In this document: piece after piece, positions 36,563 through 46,632 of the stretch
Position numbering within the stretch: position 1 is the stretch's first letter
Layout of the letters: the number at the start of each line of letters is the position of its first letter
Origin: a virus
Direction: 5' to 3' (one strand)
Virus record (IMG/VR): IMGVR_UViG_3300037296_000055
Span: 18,505-82,504 of that record
Length of the DNA: 64,000 nucleotides
The notes under the pieces: generated by a model
Database searches by the model: none
Seen by the model: the letters and a program-made list of their open reading frames with translations, nothing else
Told to the model about the DNA's origin: nothing
Position numbers and translations under genes: made by a program

Positions 36563-39040
36563 ATGGGACTATTCACACTAGGCATTTCGATTGCCTACCA
36601 GTGGTATACTGGAAACAAGGCCAAGAAGGCCGCTCAGAAGGAAAAGGACAAGAACACTGGCTTCGAGGTTGAAGCCTACTTCGAGTCTCGCCCTCTCTCC
36701 GTCATCTACGGTCAGCAGTTGGTACCCTCTGTGGTTACATGGGCCCAGGTCTCTGATGACTTTGTCCAGACCAATATCGCGACCGTGGGCAAGATGCTCA
36801 TTGACTACAAGACCCCGGACACCGCAAGGGACGTCTGGGATCTGCTCTACGTGGCAAGGGTGCCTGTGGGTACCTACATCAACTGGTCAGGTCTGCTCTT
36901 CTGCATCGACACGACCATCAGCTCTCGGAGCAACGCCCCCTCTTTATCATCGTACGCCGCGATCGACGACCTCTACAGGAACTCTGACCCCAACAAGACG
37001 TATGACGACAGCGTTCTGAAGCTCCCTCTGGGCGAGATCCCCAGCCGACTCACGGTGAACATCGCCCCTATCCTGGGCGGCGTATCGGACGAGAATGGTA
37101 TCTTCTACACCTTCAACGAGAACACCAGAGATCGCTCTTTGTTCTTCTCCAAGTCAACCACCGCCAATGTTGACTGGATACACTCCACTCAGAACAGGTC
37201 ACATTCTGCCAGGAAAGACGACAGCCCTTTCCTCTACCAGGAGATCGCGATCTGCGCAGGTCCTGTGAACCGTGTGGTAACCGCCATCGTTGATGGTAAG
37301 CCCGTGAACCACGAGGACTTCAACTACGGTCAGCGGCTCCATGTGGGCTACAACAAGACCGCAACCGATCCAATGATCCTGAAGAACTTCCCTGCACGGA
37401 CAGGAAAGAAGTTCTCCAACATGACCTCCGGCTCCTGTGTGTTCAAGCTGAAGCCAGACGACCCCCAGTACGGCAACGGAATGGTTGACGTGGAGTGGTT
37501 GGTCGAGGGCGCTCCTGTGAAGAGGCTCACCTACAACAACACTGACAAGTTCACTCTTACGGACTATACAGGGTACTCCAACAACCCTGCCGAAGTGCTT
37601 GTGGACTACATGACCAACGCGGACTATGGCATGGGACTCCCTGTGTCCAGCCTGGACCTCAAGTCCTTCTACAAGGCCCACGAGGTCTGTGAGATAGACG
37701 TTCCTGCAATCGTTGTTGGAGGTCTGCTCGGGCACTTCTACGGGACTGAGGATGAGGACGACGAGGTCTCCATCCAGACTCAGCTCTACACCTGCAACAT
37801 CTCGCTGGACACTTCCGAGAACTGCTGGGATAACGTGGTCAAGATCCTGGACACGATGAACGACGCAAGCCTTGTCTGGACCCCTGAGGGCTACAAGCTG
37901 CACCTGGACTACCACACTTCCACGGCAGAAGCTGAGGAAGCTGTCGTTGCAGAGCTCACATCTCTGGACATCCTGGACACTGACTGGTCCTTCTCCGTAG
38001 CAAGCCAAGACGACCGTCTGAACCAGGTCACCGTCCGCTTCGACAACCTCTGCCTTGATGGTGGTCAAGACTCCCGCACGTGGCCAGACCGTAGCTCCAA
38101 TCAGTACAAGAACTATCTTGCTGAAGACTCAGGCGTAATCCTTTCCCGTGAGATCACGCTGGACGGGGTAATCGATCCTTACCATGCCACTCACATCGCC
38201 CAGTTCGAAGTGAAGAACTCTCGGGGTTCTCCCACTCTGACCATGTCCGTAAGGCGCCGTTGGCTCATCCTTGAACCAGGGGACATTATTAGGGTGACGA
38301 TTGGTACAGAACGTATCAACGGGTTGTTCCGGGTGCAAGAAGTTGAGATGAGTGACGAGATGACCGTCCAGCTCACCCTGAAGAAGTATGTTGTGGGTCA
38401 TGACTCCTGGCCTGTCCTTGTGGATGATCTGAGCGTGAAGGGTACTCGTATCCTCTTCAACGCTGAGAAACCCTCTAACGTCTACGTGGAAGAGTTCACC
38501 CGGTCTAACGCTGGCATTTCCTACGCCACGGTGAACTGGGACTACAACTACAACAACAAGCCCACCTTCAACATTTGGTTCTCAAGGACCTCCGTGGACA
38601 AGTGGACCAAGGCAGGATCCACCCAAGCGAACAGCTTCGTCATTCCTACCCCTCTGGGGAACGACTCCTACACCTTCGGCGTGAGCACGACTCACCGGGG
38701 AAAGCAGTCTGTGAAGGTTATCGCTCCGTTTGACGCCTCTGTCATCGTGGCCATTCCCGCATCGCGAGAGGCCATCTGGGTCAAGAACACCGCTCTGGTA
38801 CGCTTCAACTGGACAGCCCCACCAGGCTACCCTGAGCCAGACTCCTACCACATCATACGACGGAAGATCGGGTCCGCCAACAACGCTCCCTGGACAGACA
38901 TCACCTACCTGTACAACGGTGCGGCGACCACGTGGGTCTGGGACTACGGTAACTTGAAGCCTGACGAATGGAACTACAAGATTGGCGCAAAGGTCGCTGG
39001 CTCCGGTGGTTACTCTTACACCAAAGCAACCTACGTCTAA
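36563..39040 (+). CDS. central tail tip / host-specificity (J-like) protein
   Basis: VIYG, YSNNPA..LVDY..N..YG.GL, LEPGDII.V; C-terminal FnIII-like segments. Confidence 0.85.
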   Translation: MGLFTLGISIAYQWYTGNKAKKAAQKEKDKNTGFEVEAYFESRPLSVIYGQQLVPSVVTWAQVSDDFVQTNIATVGKMLIDYKTPDTARDVWDLLYVARVPVGTYINWSGLLFCIDTTISSRSNAPSLSSYAAIDDLYRNSDPNKTYDDSVLKLPLGEIPSRLTVNIAPILGGVSDENGIFYTFNENTRDRSLFFSKSTTANVDWIHSTQNRSHSARKDDSPFLYQEIAICAGPVNRVVTAIVDGKPVNHEDFNYGQRLHVGYNKTATDPMILKNFPARTGKKFSNMTSGSCVFKLKPDDPQYGNGMVDVEWLVEGAPVKRLTYNNTDKFTLTDYTGYSNNPAEVLVDYMTNADYGMGLPVSSLDLKSFYKAHEVCEIDVPAIVVGGLLGHFYGTEDEDDEVSIQTQLYTCNISLDTSENCWDNVVKILDTMNDASLVWTPEGYKLHLDYHTSTAEAEEAVVAELTSLDILDTDWSFSVASQDDRLNQVTVRFDNLCLDGGQDSRTWPDRSSNQYKNYLAEDSGVILSREITLDGVIDPYHATHIAQFEVKNSRGSPTLTMSVRRRWLILEPGDIIRVTIGTERINGLFRVQEVEMSDEMTVQLTLKKYVVGHDSWPVLVDDLSVKGTRILFNAEKPSNVYVEEFTRSNAGISYATVNWDYNYNNKPTFNIWFSRTSVDKWTKAGSTQANSFVIPTPLGNDSYTFGVSTTHRGKQSVKVIAPFDASVIVAIPASREAIWVKNTALVRFNWTAPPGYPEPDSYHIIRRKIGSANNAPWTDITYLYNGAATTWVWDYGNLKPDEWNYKIGAKVAGSGGYSYTKATYV

Positions 39041-39041
39041 C

Positions 39042-39088
39042 AAAAAAAAAAAAAGAAGAGAGGACGCCGCCACCCGAAGGTGACGACG
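39042..39088 (-). terminator. terminator for the minus-strand block
   Basis: Minus strand CGTCGTCACC-TTCG-GGTGGCGGCG hairpin, spacer, then T13. Confidence 0.75.
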
Positions 39089-39094
39089 CCCAAA

Positions 39095-39130
39095 CCCTCT
39101 ATCAGCATCGCGCTGGTAGGGGGCTTTTTT
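39095..39130 (+). terminator. terminator for the plus-strand late block
   Basis: CCCTCTATCAGC-atcgc-GCTGGTAGGGGG followed by cTTTTTT. Confidence 0.75.
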
Positions 39131-39146
39131 CGGTTCTTAGACCTGG

Positions 39147-40205
39147 TTACCAGAGTTCCCCTTCAGGAAACTCTTCTTCAGGAGCAGGTGGCGCTTCACC
39201 ACGACGGCCACGTGCCATCGCTTCCACACGTTCTAGCGTAGCACGCCAGTCACGCGTCGCGTTGTCACGTAGCGCCTGGCGACCGCCCTCCGGCATGGGG
39301 GCAGCACCCGCCACCTCCATCTCAGGCTCAGGCGTGATAGCCCCAGGTCGGGCGTCCAGAGCTTCATCAGCAGCGACCCACTCAGCGCGGTCACCAAAGG
39401 CCCGCATGGTGTTGAGGCCGTAGCGAGGCATTGCTCCGGTCGTGGCGTTGTTGCGGCCACCCCCGTACGCTGCCATCATCTGATCCCTCTTCAGGTAACT
39501 TGAGCCCTTCTTCTTAGGAGCAGCTTCCATCGGTGGAGTCCGATCATACAGGAACGGACCCTCCGACTTTGCCAGCTGAGCCAGCCACAGCACCGGAAGC
39601 TCGTGCCGCCTCATGGCCTCCATCCAGTAGTCCACACCCCAAGGCATCTTCATGATGTTCACAGCATCAGTCAGAACGTTCAGGGTGGGGTCAGCCTCTG
39701 TCATGGCAACAGCGCCCTTCAGATCCTCGGCCTTGGCCCAGGGTTGAAGAACATCCTCCAGAAGAAGAGTGCGAGACAGAGCCACAACAAGCTCCTGGCA
39801 CATCACCTCCAGACGGGAATGGACCCGCATGGCGTTGGCCGTACTCATGGTCCACCCGCTGTCACGAGTGAAGTAGTTGTTCAATCGTTCCCAGCCATGC
39901 TGACCGGGGAAACAGCTCGACCAGTGGAGTGAGAAGTTCAGAATACGACCCAGGCTCAGGGAGCCGTGCTGCGCCAGGTCCCGAGCGGAGGAAGTCCGGG
40001 TGGACCGCCGCTGCTCAAAGCTCTCGTAGTACTCCCGCCCGGCATCCCGGACAGAAGCTTCAACAGACTCGGCCACGAAGGCACGAGCAGAGAGGAACTG
40101 ACGACGTAGCTGTGCCGGTGTTCGACCCTGTGACTCAGGTGGGATCTCTTCCAGGATTTCTCCCATAGCTCGGATAACAATGTCTGCGGCTGCGCGAGTA
40201 TCCAT
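39147..40205 (-). CDS. hypothetical protein, last gene of amidoligase block
   Basis: GAAGGAAGG RBS before ATG 40205; 352 aa. Confidence 0.75.
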   Translation of the reverse strand: MDTRAAADIVIRAMGEILEEIPPESQGRTPAQLRRQFLSARAFVAESVEASVRDAGREYYESFEQRRSTRTSSARDLAQHGSLSLGRILNFSLHWSSCFPGQHGWERLNNYFTRDSGWTMSTANAMRVHSRLEVMCQELVVALSRTLLLEDVLQPWAKAEDLKGAVAMTEADPTLNVLTDAVNIMKMPWGVDYWMEAMRRHELPVLWLAQLAKSEGPFLYDRTPPMEAAPKKKGSSYLKRDQMMAAYGGGRNNATTGAMPRYGLNTMRAFGDRAEWVAADEALDARPGAITPEPEMEVAGAAPMPEGGRQALRDNATRDWRATLERVEAMARGRRGEAPPAPEEEFPEGELW

Positions 40206-40224
40206 AGTAGTGGTTCCTTCCTTC

Positions 40225-41061
40225 TTAGTACAATTGCGAGAGGGCCTCGACATAGTCAGTCAGTGTCGAACCCTCCATGCCAGGCGCGGTGTTCACTTCC
40301 AGGATGTACGCCTCTTGACGGCGCTCATTCCAGATAACGTCCACAGCACAGAAGTCCAGACCCGACGCTTCGAAAGCGCGGAGGGCCTGAGCACGGACAT
40401 CTGCGGGGACTTCCACCCCATCGTTACGTGCGAAGATGAAGCCGTTGGCATGGCTCCGGATCTCATAGTTTACAGTGCCCTCAGCCGCCCCGGTCTGGGT
40501 GGCCTTGCGCTGGGTTAGGAACTGGTTCACAGGGTTCCCATCAAGACGCTTGGCAAAGTGCAGACGGAACTCAGTCCGCTTACGAACATACTCCACCAGC
40601 AGAACGCCAGCACGCAGAGCACGGAGCTCCGCAATGTTGGACGCGTCATACCGGACGATACCCTCGCCGGAGTGGCCGTTCAGTTCGGTCCGGGCGAAGA
40701 TCACGTTGCACCGGTCATCACCGTTCTCGATCCAGCCTGCAGCCTCGGTCGGGCTTGTGGTGAAGCGTGGCATCCGAGGACGCTGGGTCTCTTCCACCGC
40801 CGCCATTGCCTGGAAGAACGACAGCTTGTTCGAAGCGGTCTCGACCCGCTCAGGAGCGTTCAGAACCCGGCCCGAGGAAGTCACGGCCTCAGGAAGACGA
40901 CGGCAGCCCCAGTTGATGACCGCGTGGTGCGCCTTACCGGCGAAGTTAGAACCCTCGCGACGGATGCGACGGATGCCTAGGGCCGAAGCCAGAGCTGCTG
41001 CGGAGTTCGAACCTGTGGAGTAAGGGTACAGGTACGCGATTGTTTTCTTAGCGGTTGCCAT
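40225..41061 (-). CDS. ATP-grasp ligase (RimK-like, phage type)
   Basis: INWG, ASNK, GHSGEGI, EFRLH, LDFCAVDV, ILEVNTAPG. Confidence 0.88.
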   Translation of the reverse strand: MATAKKTIAYLYPYSTGSNSAAALASALGIRRIRREGSNFAGKAHHAVINWGCRRLPEAVTSSGRVLNAPERVETASNKLSFFQAMAAVEETQRPRMPRFTTSPTEAAGWIENGDDRCNVIFARTELNGHSGEGIVRYDASNIAELRALRAGVLLVEYVRKRTEFRLHFAKRLDGNPVNQFLTQRKATQTGAAEGTVNYEIRSHANGFIFARNDGVEVPADVRAQALRAFEASGLDFCAVDVIWNERRQEAYILEVNTAPGMEGSTLTDYVEALSQLY

Positions 41062-41998
41062 TTGTGGTGCTCCAGTTTGTGTTGTATGCGAAGGATTGGA
41101 CGAGACGAACGCCACGGAAGACTTTCGACTCGATGTCAGGCGTATTCAGCTGAGCCAGGATGTTGGGCTCATCAGCAAAGATCTGCTGTAGAAGTTGGGT
41201 AGCACCACCACCCGAAATAGCGTTCAAGATCTCCTGTGGGTTCTCATAGCCCATAGCAGTCGTACGAACAGCGTTCAGAGCCCGCATCCAGTCAAGGATA
41301 GGCTGGGCAGCCTGGGGAGTACGCAGAGTACGGAACTCCAGGGTACCATACTTCCCAAGACTTGTCAGGTTCAAACCTGCGTAGCGAAGGTTGGAAGAGT
41401 CACCGACCCCACCCCAGCGACCGTTTCCACGGCGACCGCCTCCATTCAGGTTCCGGAGAGAGTTCTCCAGTTCCATGATAGGGTATTCTGCATCCACAAG
41501 GCGGAGACAGAACATGTTACCTGCACGTTCCTCACCGCACAGAGCATCGACCATCGCCTCTTCCAGGATCCAGAAGAGGAAAGCAAAGTTGACGGTCTCC
41601 AGCAGCGTACGGTCACGCTGGTTGATGTGGACGTGGACGCCAGCCCGCACCGAGTCCTTCACCCGGATGTAGGGGTTACGCTCGTTGACATGGCCGTCCA
41701 TCCAGTCATAGAGAGCTGTGACGTCTGCCAGAGCGCGGTCCATAGGGGTAGGACCTCGGAAGACGAATTCCACAGCATGGCCACGGAGAGAACCGTCAGA
41801 CTCGCTACGCCAGTTGGCGCAGTTTCCTGGACGGGTGCGGATACTTGCCCGATCACCTGCAACCCGCCCACGTGCGGGATCCCAAGTGTCGAATTCCATT
41901 TCCACTTCAACCCCCATCAGGGGATTGTTGACTGTTGCACCTGTTGTCGCCCCAGTGTCCGGAAGCGAAAGCAGTCTATCGATTGATGTTGACAGCAA
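41048..41998 (-). CDS. putative amidoligase (Amidoligase_2-type COOH-NH2 ligase)
   Basis: GVEVEME, DGSL, EFV, GVHVHIN, RYAGLNL, TLEFR; start uncertain (TTG 41998). Confidence 0.88.
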   Translation of the reverse strand: MLSTSIDRLLSLPDTGATTGATVNNPLMGVEVEMEFDTWDPARGRVAGDRASIRTRPGNCANWRSESDGSLRGHAVEFVFRGPTPMDRALADVTALYDWMDGHVNERNPYIRVKDSVRAGVHVHINQRDRTLLETVNFAFLFWILEEAMVDALCGEERAGNMFCLRLVDAEYPIMELENSLRNLNGGGRRGNGRWGGVGDSSNLRYAGLNLTSLGKYGTLEFRTLRTPQAAQPILDWMRALNAVRTTAMGYENPQEILNAISGGGATQLLQQIFADEPNILAQLNTPDIESKVFRGVRLVQSFAYNTNWSTTNGNR

Positions 41999-42590
41999 GG
42001 ATATTTTCCCCCATTTCTTGCAGAAGTTGTTCACGAAGCCAGCCAAAGCGCTCGAATAGCTCGATCGTGTCGTTATGAAGGATGCGACCAACGTGTTGGT
42101 TCCCCCGGTAGTAAACGCCGAACTCAGCATTCACAAAGAAGTTAGGCGAGATCGCCCGGAACGTTGCCCACTCCTCGAGAGCAGCCAGCGTCTGTTGTAG
42201 TGGGTCGTACTGCCCCCGGAGGGAACGGTTGACCTGCGCCCAGTGGTTCCGGATCCAATCCCCGCCGGAATTGAACCCCATCTGCCGGTCCGAAGTGCTC
42301 AGCGTGAACTGAGACGACCGCAGACCCTGACGATAGCCCTGTCCGCGAACGGCCATCCGGGTTGCGTAGAATGCAGAGCCCCGATCCGTGTTGACCGCGT
42401 TGAGACGAGGTGTTGCGAAGGCAAGATCCGCGAACGGAAGGTTTACCGGCATACCATCGAAAGGAGTAACAGAACAACGATCACCGCTGTAGCTGTCGGA
42501 GACATAAACGAGCTCCGCACGCCCAGGCGCAAACACATACGTGCTACGGATGCGCGAGTGCGCGTGATCAAAGTCGCCATCATACCGCAA
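41976..42590 (-). CDS. hypothetical protein of amidoligase cluster
   Basis: A.SRIRSTYV, VN...AFYATR...YRQGL; start TTG 42590 with AAGGGA RBS. Confidence 0.7.
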   Translation of the reverse strand: MRYDGDFDHAHSRIRSTYVFAPGRAELVYVSDSYSGDRCSVTPFDGMPVNLPFADLAFATPRLNAVNTDRGSAFYATRMAVRGQGYRQGLRSSQFTLSTSDRQMGFNSGGDWIRNHWAQVNRSLRGQYDPLQQTLAALEEWATFRAISPNFFVNAEFGVYYRGNQHVGRILHNDTIELFERFGWLREQLLQEMGENILAVNINR

Positions 42591-43455
42591 CGTAGTTCCC
42601 CTTATTGTCCATGGTTTTGGTTGGCATGATGCCAACGTGTTGTTGCACAGCGTACCGTGCTGCGACAGAAGCCCGACGGTTGGTCCGAAGAGCAGTGCTC
42701 ATCGCGCCCCCGTTGGCCAGACGACGTTCGGCCCAGAACTTGCCAGCATGCAAGTCCCGGATAGCTCCCTGAACACCGTCGATAGCGGCCCGGATGAACC
42801 GTTCTTCAGACATCCAGGCAGACGACAGCGACCGATACTCCATCCCGTAGGACTTGGTCCGGAAGGCACCGGGAGCCCCATACAAGGTCCGGCGCATGTC
42901 GTCGTTATCCCACAGAGAAGACAGGGGAAGAATAGTACCGTCCAGCTGCTGTGACAGCAAACGGCATTGCATGAACAGATCAGGATCCGACATGTCAAAC
43001 TCAGAACCCCACCCGATATGGATGTGACCGCCGGAAGTCCGGAAGTAAGGGTTCTGCGGAGCGGGCCGGGGGTTGGCCTCCCCGCTGTAGGCGTTGAAGT
43101 CAGGCTCACAACCCAGGATCAGTTGTTCCGGGGGCTGGGCCTCGATGACCTCACGGTCGAACGTCACGGAAGGCTGGGCCTTCAGAATGTAACGATCGGT
43201 GTCGAAGAGCTGGCGGATACGGCCCATGACCGCATCAATGTTCGCCACGAACTCGTCGGTGGTACGTGCCGGTGGGATGCCGAATTCCAGCGCCATACCG
43301 TCGACCTGAACCATGCCACCTTCGTCGAAGATGTACGGCTCATCTTTGGTTCCGGGAACGATCCCATGAGCGCCGACGAAGCGCTCTGCATGAGTGTCCC
43401 AGATGAACAGCTCGGGGTCACAGCCAAAGACGTATTCGATGTTGTCAAGTTTCAT
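42580..43455 (-). CDS. phiEco32-like COOH-NH2 ligase type 2
   Basis: GCDPELF, DGMALEF, GCEPDFNAY, RTSGGHIHIG, RRTLYGAPG.FR.KSYG.EYRSLS. Confidence 0.92.
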   Translation of the reverse strand: MKLDNIEYVFGCDPELFIWDTHAERFVGAHGIVPGTKDEPYIFDEGGMVQVDGMALEFGIPPARTTDEFVANIDAVMGRIRQLFDTDRYILKAQPSVTFDREVIEAQPPEQLILGCEPDFNAYSGEANPRPAPQNPYFRTSGGHIHIGWGSEFDMSDPDLFMQCRLLSQQLDGTILPLSSLWDNDDMRRTLYGAPGAFRTKSYGMEYRSLSSAWMSEERFIRAAIDGVQGAIRDLHAGKFWAERRLANGGAMSTALRTNRRASVAARYAVQQHVGIMPTKTMDNKGNYVAV

Positions 43456-43460
43456 GTTGG

Positions 43461-44573
43461 TTAGCCTTCAATCGTTGTTTTCAGAACGCAAGCAGTGCAG
43501 ATGGCGGTTTCTTGATTGATCAGGAACCGGAGGCTCCCGCTCTGAAACTCTTCGAAGGAGATGCCGTTGCTGCAGAAAGCACACTGACACCCTGTTTTTT
43601 GGTCGAACTCGCTCTTGCCGGAGAACTTGGGAGCAAACCAAGCATCACGAGACGACTTAGGATTAGGAACCCCCAGAACGGGAGACCGTACCGCCGGGGA
43701 CCCTTTCCCATGACGGTTCTGCGCGTAGTTAGGCCGGTTGTTGCCGTAACCGGTGTTGTTGCCGTACTGCCCACCGGGCCTATACGCCGAAGCACCCGTC
43801 CCATTGTTCCCAACCGTCGAGGTAAAAGGGGGGCGTTTCTCGAAGCTCGACACCTTGGCGGTCTTGAACACCTCAAGGCCCCGCTTGTTGAAGTCGAATT
43901 CCCACTGGGTAAAGGCCTCCACTTCCTTCGGCTCTTCCCAGTTAGCGCCACACTTCATGGCACCGACAGCGGCATAGAGGATCCAGGGCATGGAAGCAAA
44001 CATCAGAGTGGTGTGGCTCTTGTTCCACGTATACCACATCGGACGAGCCGAGTTCCGGCCAATAGTGAAGATCTTTGTCTTCGCGTTGTAGAAGACCAGA
44101 GCCATGTCCAGATCGACTTCTTTCTCGATCCGGGCCATGTCCCAGCCCTCGTTGAGCGCATGCATCACAGCCTGCGAGTCAACTTCATACTCGGCACCCT
44201 TAGGGAGAGCGCGAGGTGTGCCACGGGTTGTACCGTTGTGAACCCCGATCACGTCACCCTCAAGGAAGGGGTGAGCGTTCTTGGAGGTGTTAGCGCCGCG
44301 CGTCTTGGCACGGTTGTGGCCGACCAGGACCCGCAGGTTGTGGGCCTTGAACTCGCCGTCGATGTCCATCAGAGCGCGGGAACCAGGATTGGTCCACAGG
44401 TCCTGCGGGGAGCCAACGCCCTTGATGTAGCTGGCGTTGTTAGTCTGGTCAACCCAGAAGTAGCCGGTGGCGTCAGTACCCCGAGGATAGTCGAAGTATG
44501 ACAACCAGCGAAGAAGATTGCGCTCTTGAATGGAGAGCGAGGTTGTCGTCATGATGCCTACGATGCCACACAT
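43461..44573 (-). CDS. class II (Ntn) glutamine amidotransferase with C-terminal Zn finger
   Basis: MCGIVG, RGTDATG, GHNRAKT, NAHPF, GVHNGT, VDS; C-terminal CAFC..CTAC. Confidence 0.92.
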   Translation of the reverse strand: MCGIVGIMTTTSLSIQERNLLRWLSYFDYPRGTDATGYFWVDQTNNASYIKGVGSPQDLWTNPGSRALMDIDGEFKAHNLRVLVGHNRAKTRGANTSKNAHPFLEGDVIGVHNGTTRGTPRALPKGAEYEVDSQAVMHALNEGWDMARIEKEVDLDMALVFYNAKTKIFTIGRNSARPMWYTWNKSHTTLMFASMPWILYAAVGAMKCGANWEEPKEVEAFTQWEFDFNKRGLEVFKTAKVSSFEKRPPFTSTVGNNGTGASAYRPGGQYGNNTGYGNNRPNYAQNRHGKGSPAVRSPVLGVPNPKSSRDAWFAPKFSGKSEFDQKTGCQCAFCSNGISFEEFQSGSLRFLINQETAICTACVLKTTIEG

Positions 44574-45319
44574 TATTTGGCTTCCTTTTCAGTTACTTCG
44601 GAGGGGGTGGGTGTGGTCGACGCGGGTGTGGTCACCTCTGCCGTCGGTTCTTTGAGGATCTGGAAGTGAGTCAACATCTTCTGGAAGAAGTTGGCCCCCT
44701 CACTGTCCTCATCGAATTGGGTCACGTCAGGCATGGAGCCGAACGCGTTGTAGCGGGAAGAATAAGCCATCTCGACCTGACGAGACAGCCCTGCACAGCG
44801 CGAGTCCTGTTCCCGGATAGCGACCGGAGACCAAGACGGTGCGGTCTGACGACCGGAGATCACCTGCGAGTGTTCGGAGCGGAAGGAGAGTGTCAGGATC
44901 TGTTCCCGGAGCTCCGCTTCCTTCAGGGTGTTAGTGAACGCGTTGTGGTAGCTCGGAACGTTCAGGCGAGCCCGATCCAGGATCGGTACCACCTTCTGCA
45001 GAGAGCCGCCGGTCGCGACGGTCAGAAAGTTGAACCCATAGCCAAAGCCGACCATGGGCAGGTTGCGTAGATAGGCTTGACGGAAGACGGTGAACTGCTG
45101 GAAGTACTCCAACAGGTCCCCTTCGATCCGATCGTCACCTGCAGTCCACGAGGCCGCGACCTGGTGTGTGCTGTCAATGAAGGTGTCCAGGTGGTTCTCA
45201 CCGAACACCACAACATCGATGGTGGGGTCGAGGATCTTGTTGGTCGTGTCGTGTCCCCAGTTCTCGAACATGTCGACAAGCAACGGACGTGTATCGCACT
45301 GATTAATAAAGACTTTCAT
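44573..45319 (-). CDS. degenerate class I glutamine amidotransferase-like protein
   Basis: PMVGFGYGFNFLTVATGGSL aligns to the GxCRGxQxLN...GGS elbow; catalytic Cys and His not evident. Confidence 0.6.
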   Translation of the reverse strand: MKVFINQCDTRPLLVDMFENWGHDTTNKILDPTIDVVVFGENHLDTFIDSTHQVAASWTAGDDRIEGDLLEYFQQFTVFRQAYLRNLPMVGFGYGFNFLTVATGGSLQKVVPILDRARLNVPSYHNAFTNTLKEAELREQILTLSFRSEHSQVISGRQTAPSWSPVAIREQDSRCAGLSRQVEMAYSSRYNAFGSMPDVTQFDEDSEGANFFQKMLTHFQILKEPTAEVTTPASTTPTPSEVTEKEAK

Positions 45320-46328
45320 TGATCAGGACCTCCCAGTTCAGTGATGCTGTTGATGTCTTCCCACGAGAGGAACCACCGGACTTTGGTTTGTCTTGGACGA
45401 GCGCACCCATGCTTATTGCGGGCCAGGGCAGAACACTTTTGTTCTTACCCCCCGGTTCGGGCATGTCGACCACTTCCGCCAGAACTGCTGCCGCTTCTGC
45501 ACGGCTCAACAAGAACGCTTCCGGTGTTGGCAACGGCACCTGAGGAATGAACAGCGTGTCCCCCTCACCGAAGTTCTTCAGTCCATCGTGGCGGGTAGAG
45601 TAGATCCGCGAGATGTCACCGGTGCTGGCGAAGGCGTAGTTGGAGGCCACCATCTTCTCGTGCAGGGTCGCGCCATCGTCAGGAAACACAAAGATGTTGT
45701 GACGGACGTTGTGCATGAGGTCCACAACACGGGCCCCATCCTGGAACGGAAGGTGACCGTTCACAAAGTTCCAGACGCTCTGAGGTCGGAGGAAGCGGTC
45801 CCCGTCCACGCCTGTCTTGGTCCAGGCCAGCAGCATCCAGGCTTCAAGAGGCTCAACCCCTTCAAGCTGTGACAGTGCGTCCCACGCGTAGATGAAGGAC
45901 GACTGAACCTGGAACATCGACCGGAAGATCTGTGCTGCCATGAAGAACTGCGGCCAGGGCATCGTGTTGATGGGACTGATCACCAGCCCGTGCTCCATGA
46001 TGAAGTCGACATCCTTGATGAAGAAGAAGCCCTCGGTCACCGGGTGGGAGACCAAGAACTGAAGGAAGCGACGTGTTGCTGCAGGGTTCAAGTCCGCAGC
46101 GAACCGGAAGCTTGTGGCGACCAGTGTGTCCGACGCAATCCGCGTCGAGATGTTGTACAGTGGACCGTGGCAGATCGAGTTAGTTGCCAGATTGGTGACA
46201 TGGATGCCAACGTCTGGGTTGCTACGGATCAGCTTGAGCATCACTTTGTTACTTGCTGTGAGCGTGGTGTTCACCTGAAAGGTTGTCAGATGGTCTTCCA
46301 CGTATTCACGTACTGCAGTTTCGTCCAT
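45303..46328 (-). CDS. hypothetical protein, first gene of amidoligase block
   Basis: 341 aa; AGGA RBS. Confidence 0.75.
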   Translation of the reverse strand: MDETAVREYVEDHLTTFQVNTTLTASNKVMLKLIRSNPDVGIHVTNLATNSICHGPLYNISTRIASDTLVATSFRFAADLNPAATRRFLQFLVSHPVTEGFFFIKDVDFIMEHGLVISPINTMPWPQFFMAAQIFRSMFQVQSSFIYAWDALSQLEGVEPLEAWMLLAWTKTGVDGDRFLRPQSVWNFVNGHLPFQDGARVVDLMHNVRHNIFVFPDDGATLHEKMVASNYAFASTGDISRIYSTRHDGLKNFGEGDTLFIPQVPLPTPEAFLLSRAEAAAVLAEVVDMPEPGGKNKSVLPWPAISMGALVQDKPKSGGSSRGKTSTASLNWEVLINESLY

Positions 46329-46389
46329 GTGTACCAGTTCCTATTTCCGAAATTTACCCCCAACATCTGTGGGGGCTTCATGATTGTGG

Positions 46390-46632
46390 TTACTTCAGCA
46401 CGGCACGAAGTGCGCCGTAATCATCAATTAGTTCTACGGTCTCGTCATAGCCACCGGAGGCCTCCAGGGTGGCCACTTGGTCAGCGGCCTTGTCCTGGAA
46501 CTCCTTAGTATAGTTCTTGATAGAAACGCTCTGTGGCGTCAGAGAGACGGTCTCAGAAGGACCCGTCCCGCAGCTTGTCAGAAACAGGCCGCTCATCATT
46601 GCGATAAGCAGCATCCCGTTTGAGTGCTTCAT
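46390..46632 (-). CDS. o-spanin (Rz1-like lipoprotein)
   Basis: Lipobox LTSC; Y..E.Q..AA....L...IDDYGALR; overlaps the i-spanin gene. Confidence 0.7.
   Translation of the reverse strand: MKHSNGMLLIAMMSGLFLTSCGTGPSETVSLTPQSVSIKNYTKEFQDKAADQVATLEASGGYDETVELIDDYGALRAVLK

Noticed and set aside
38968-39423. + strand ORF across the convergent terminators
   Set aside because: Runs through the poly-A and terminator hairpins and is antisense to a better-supported gene.
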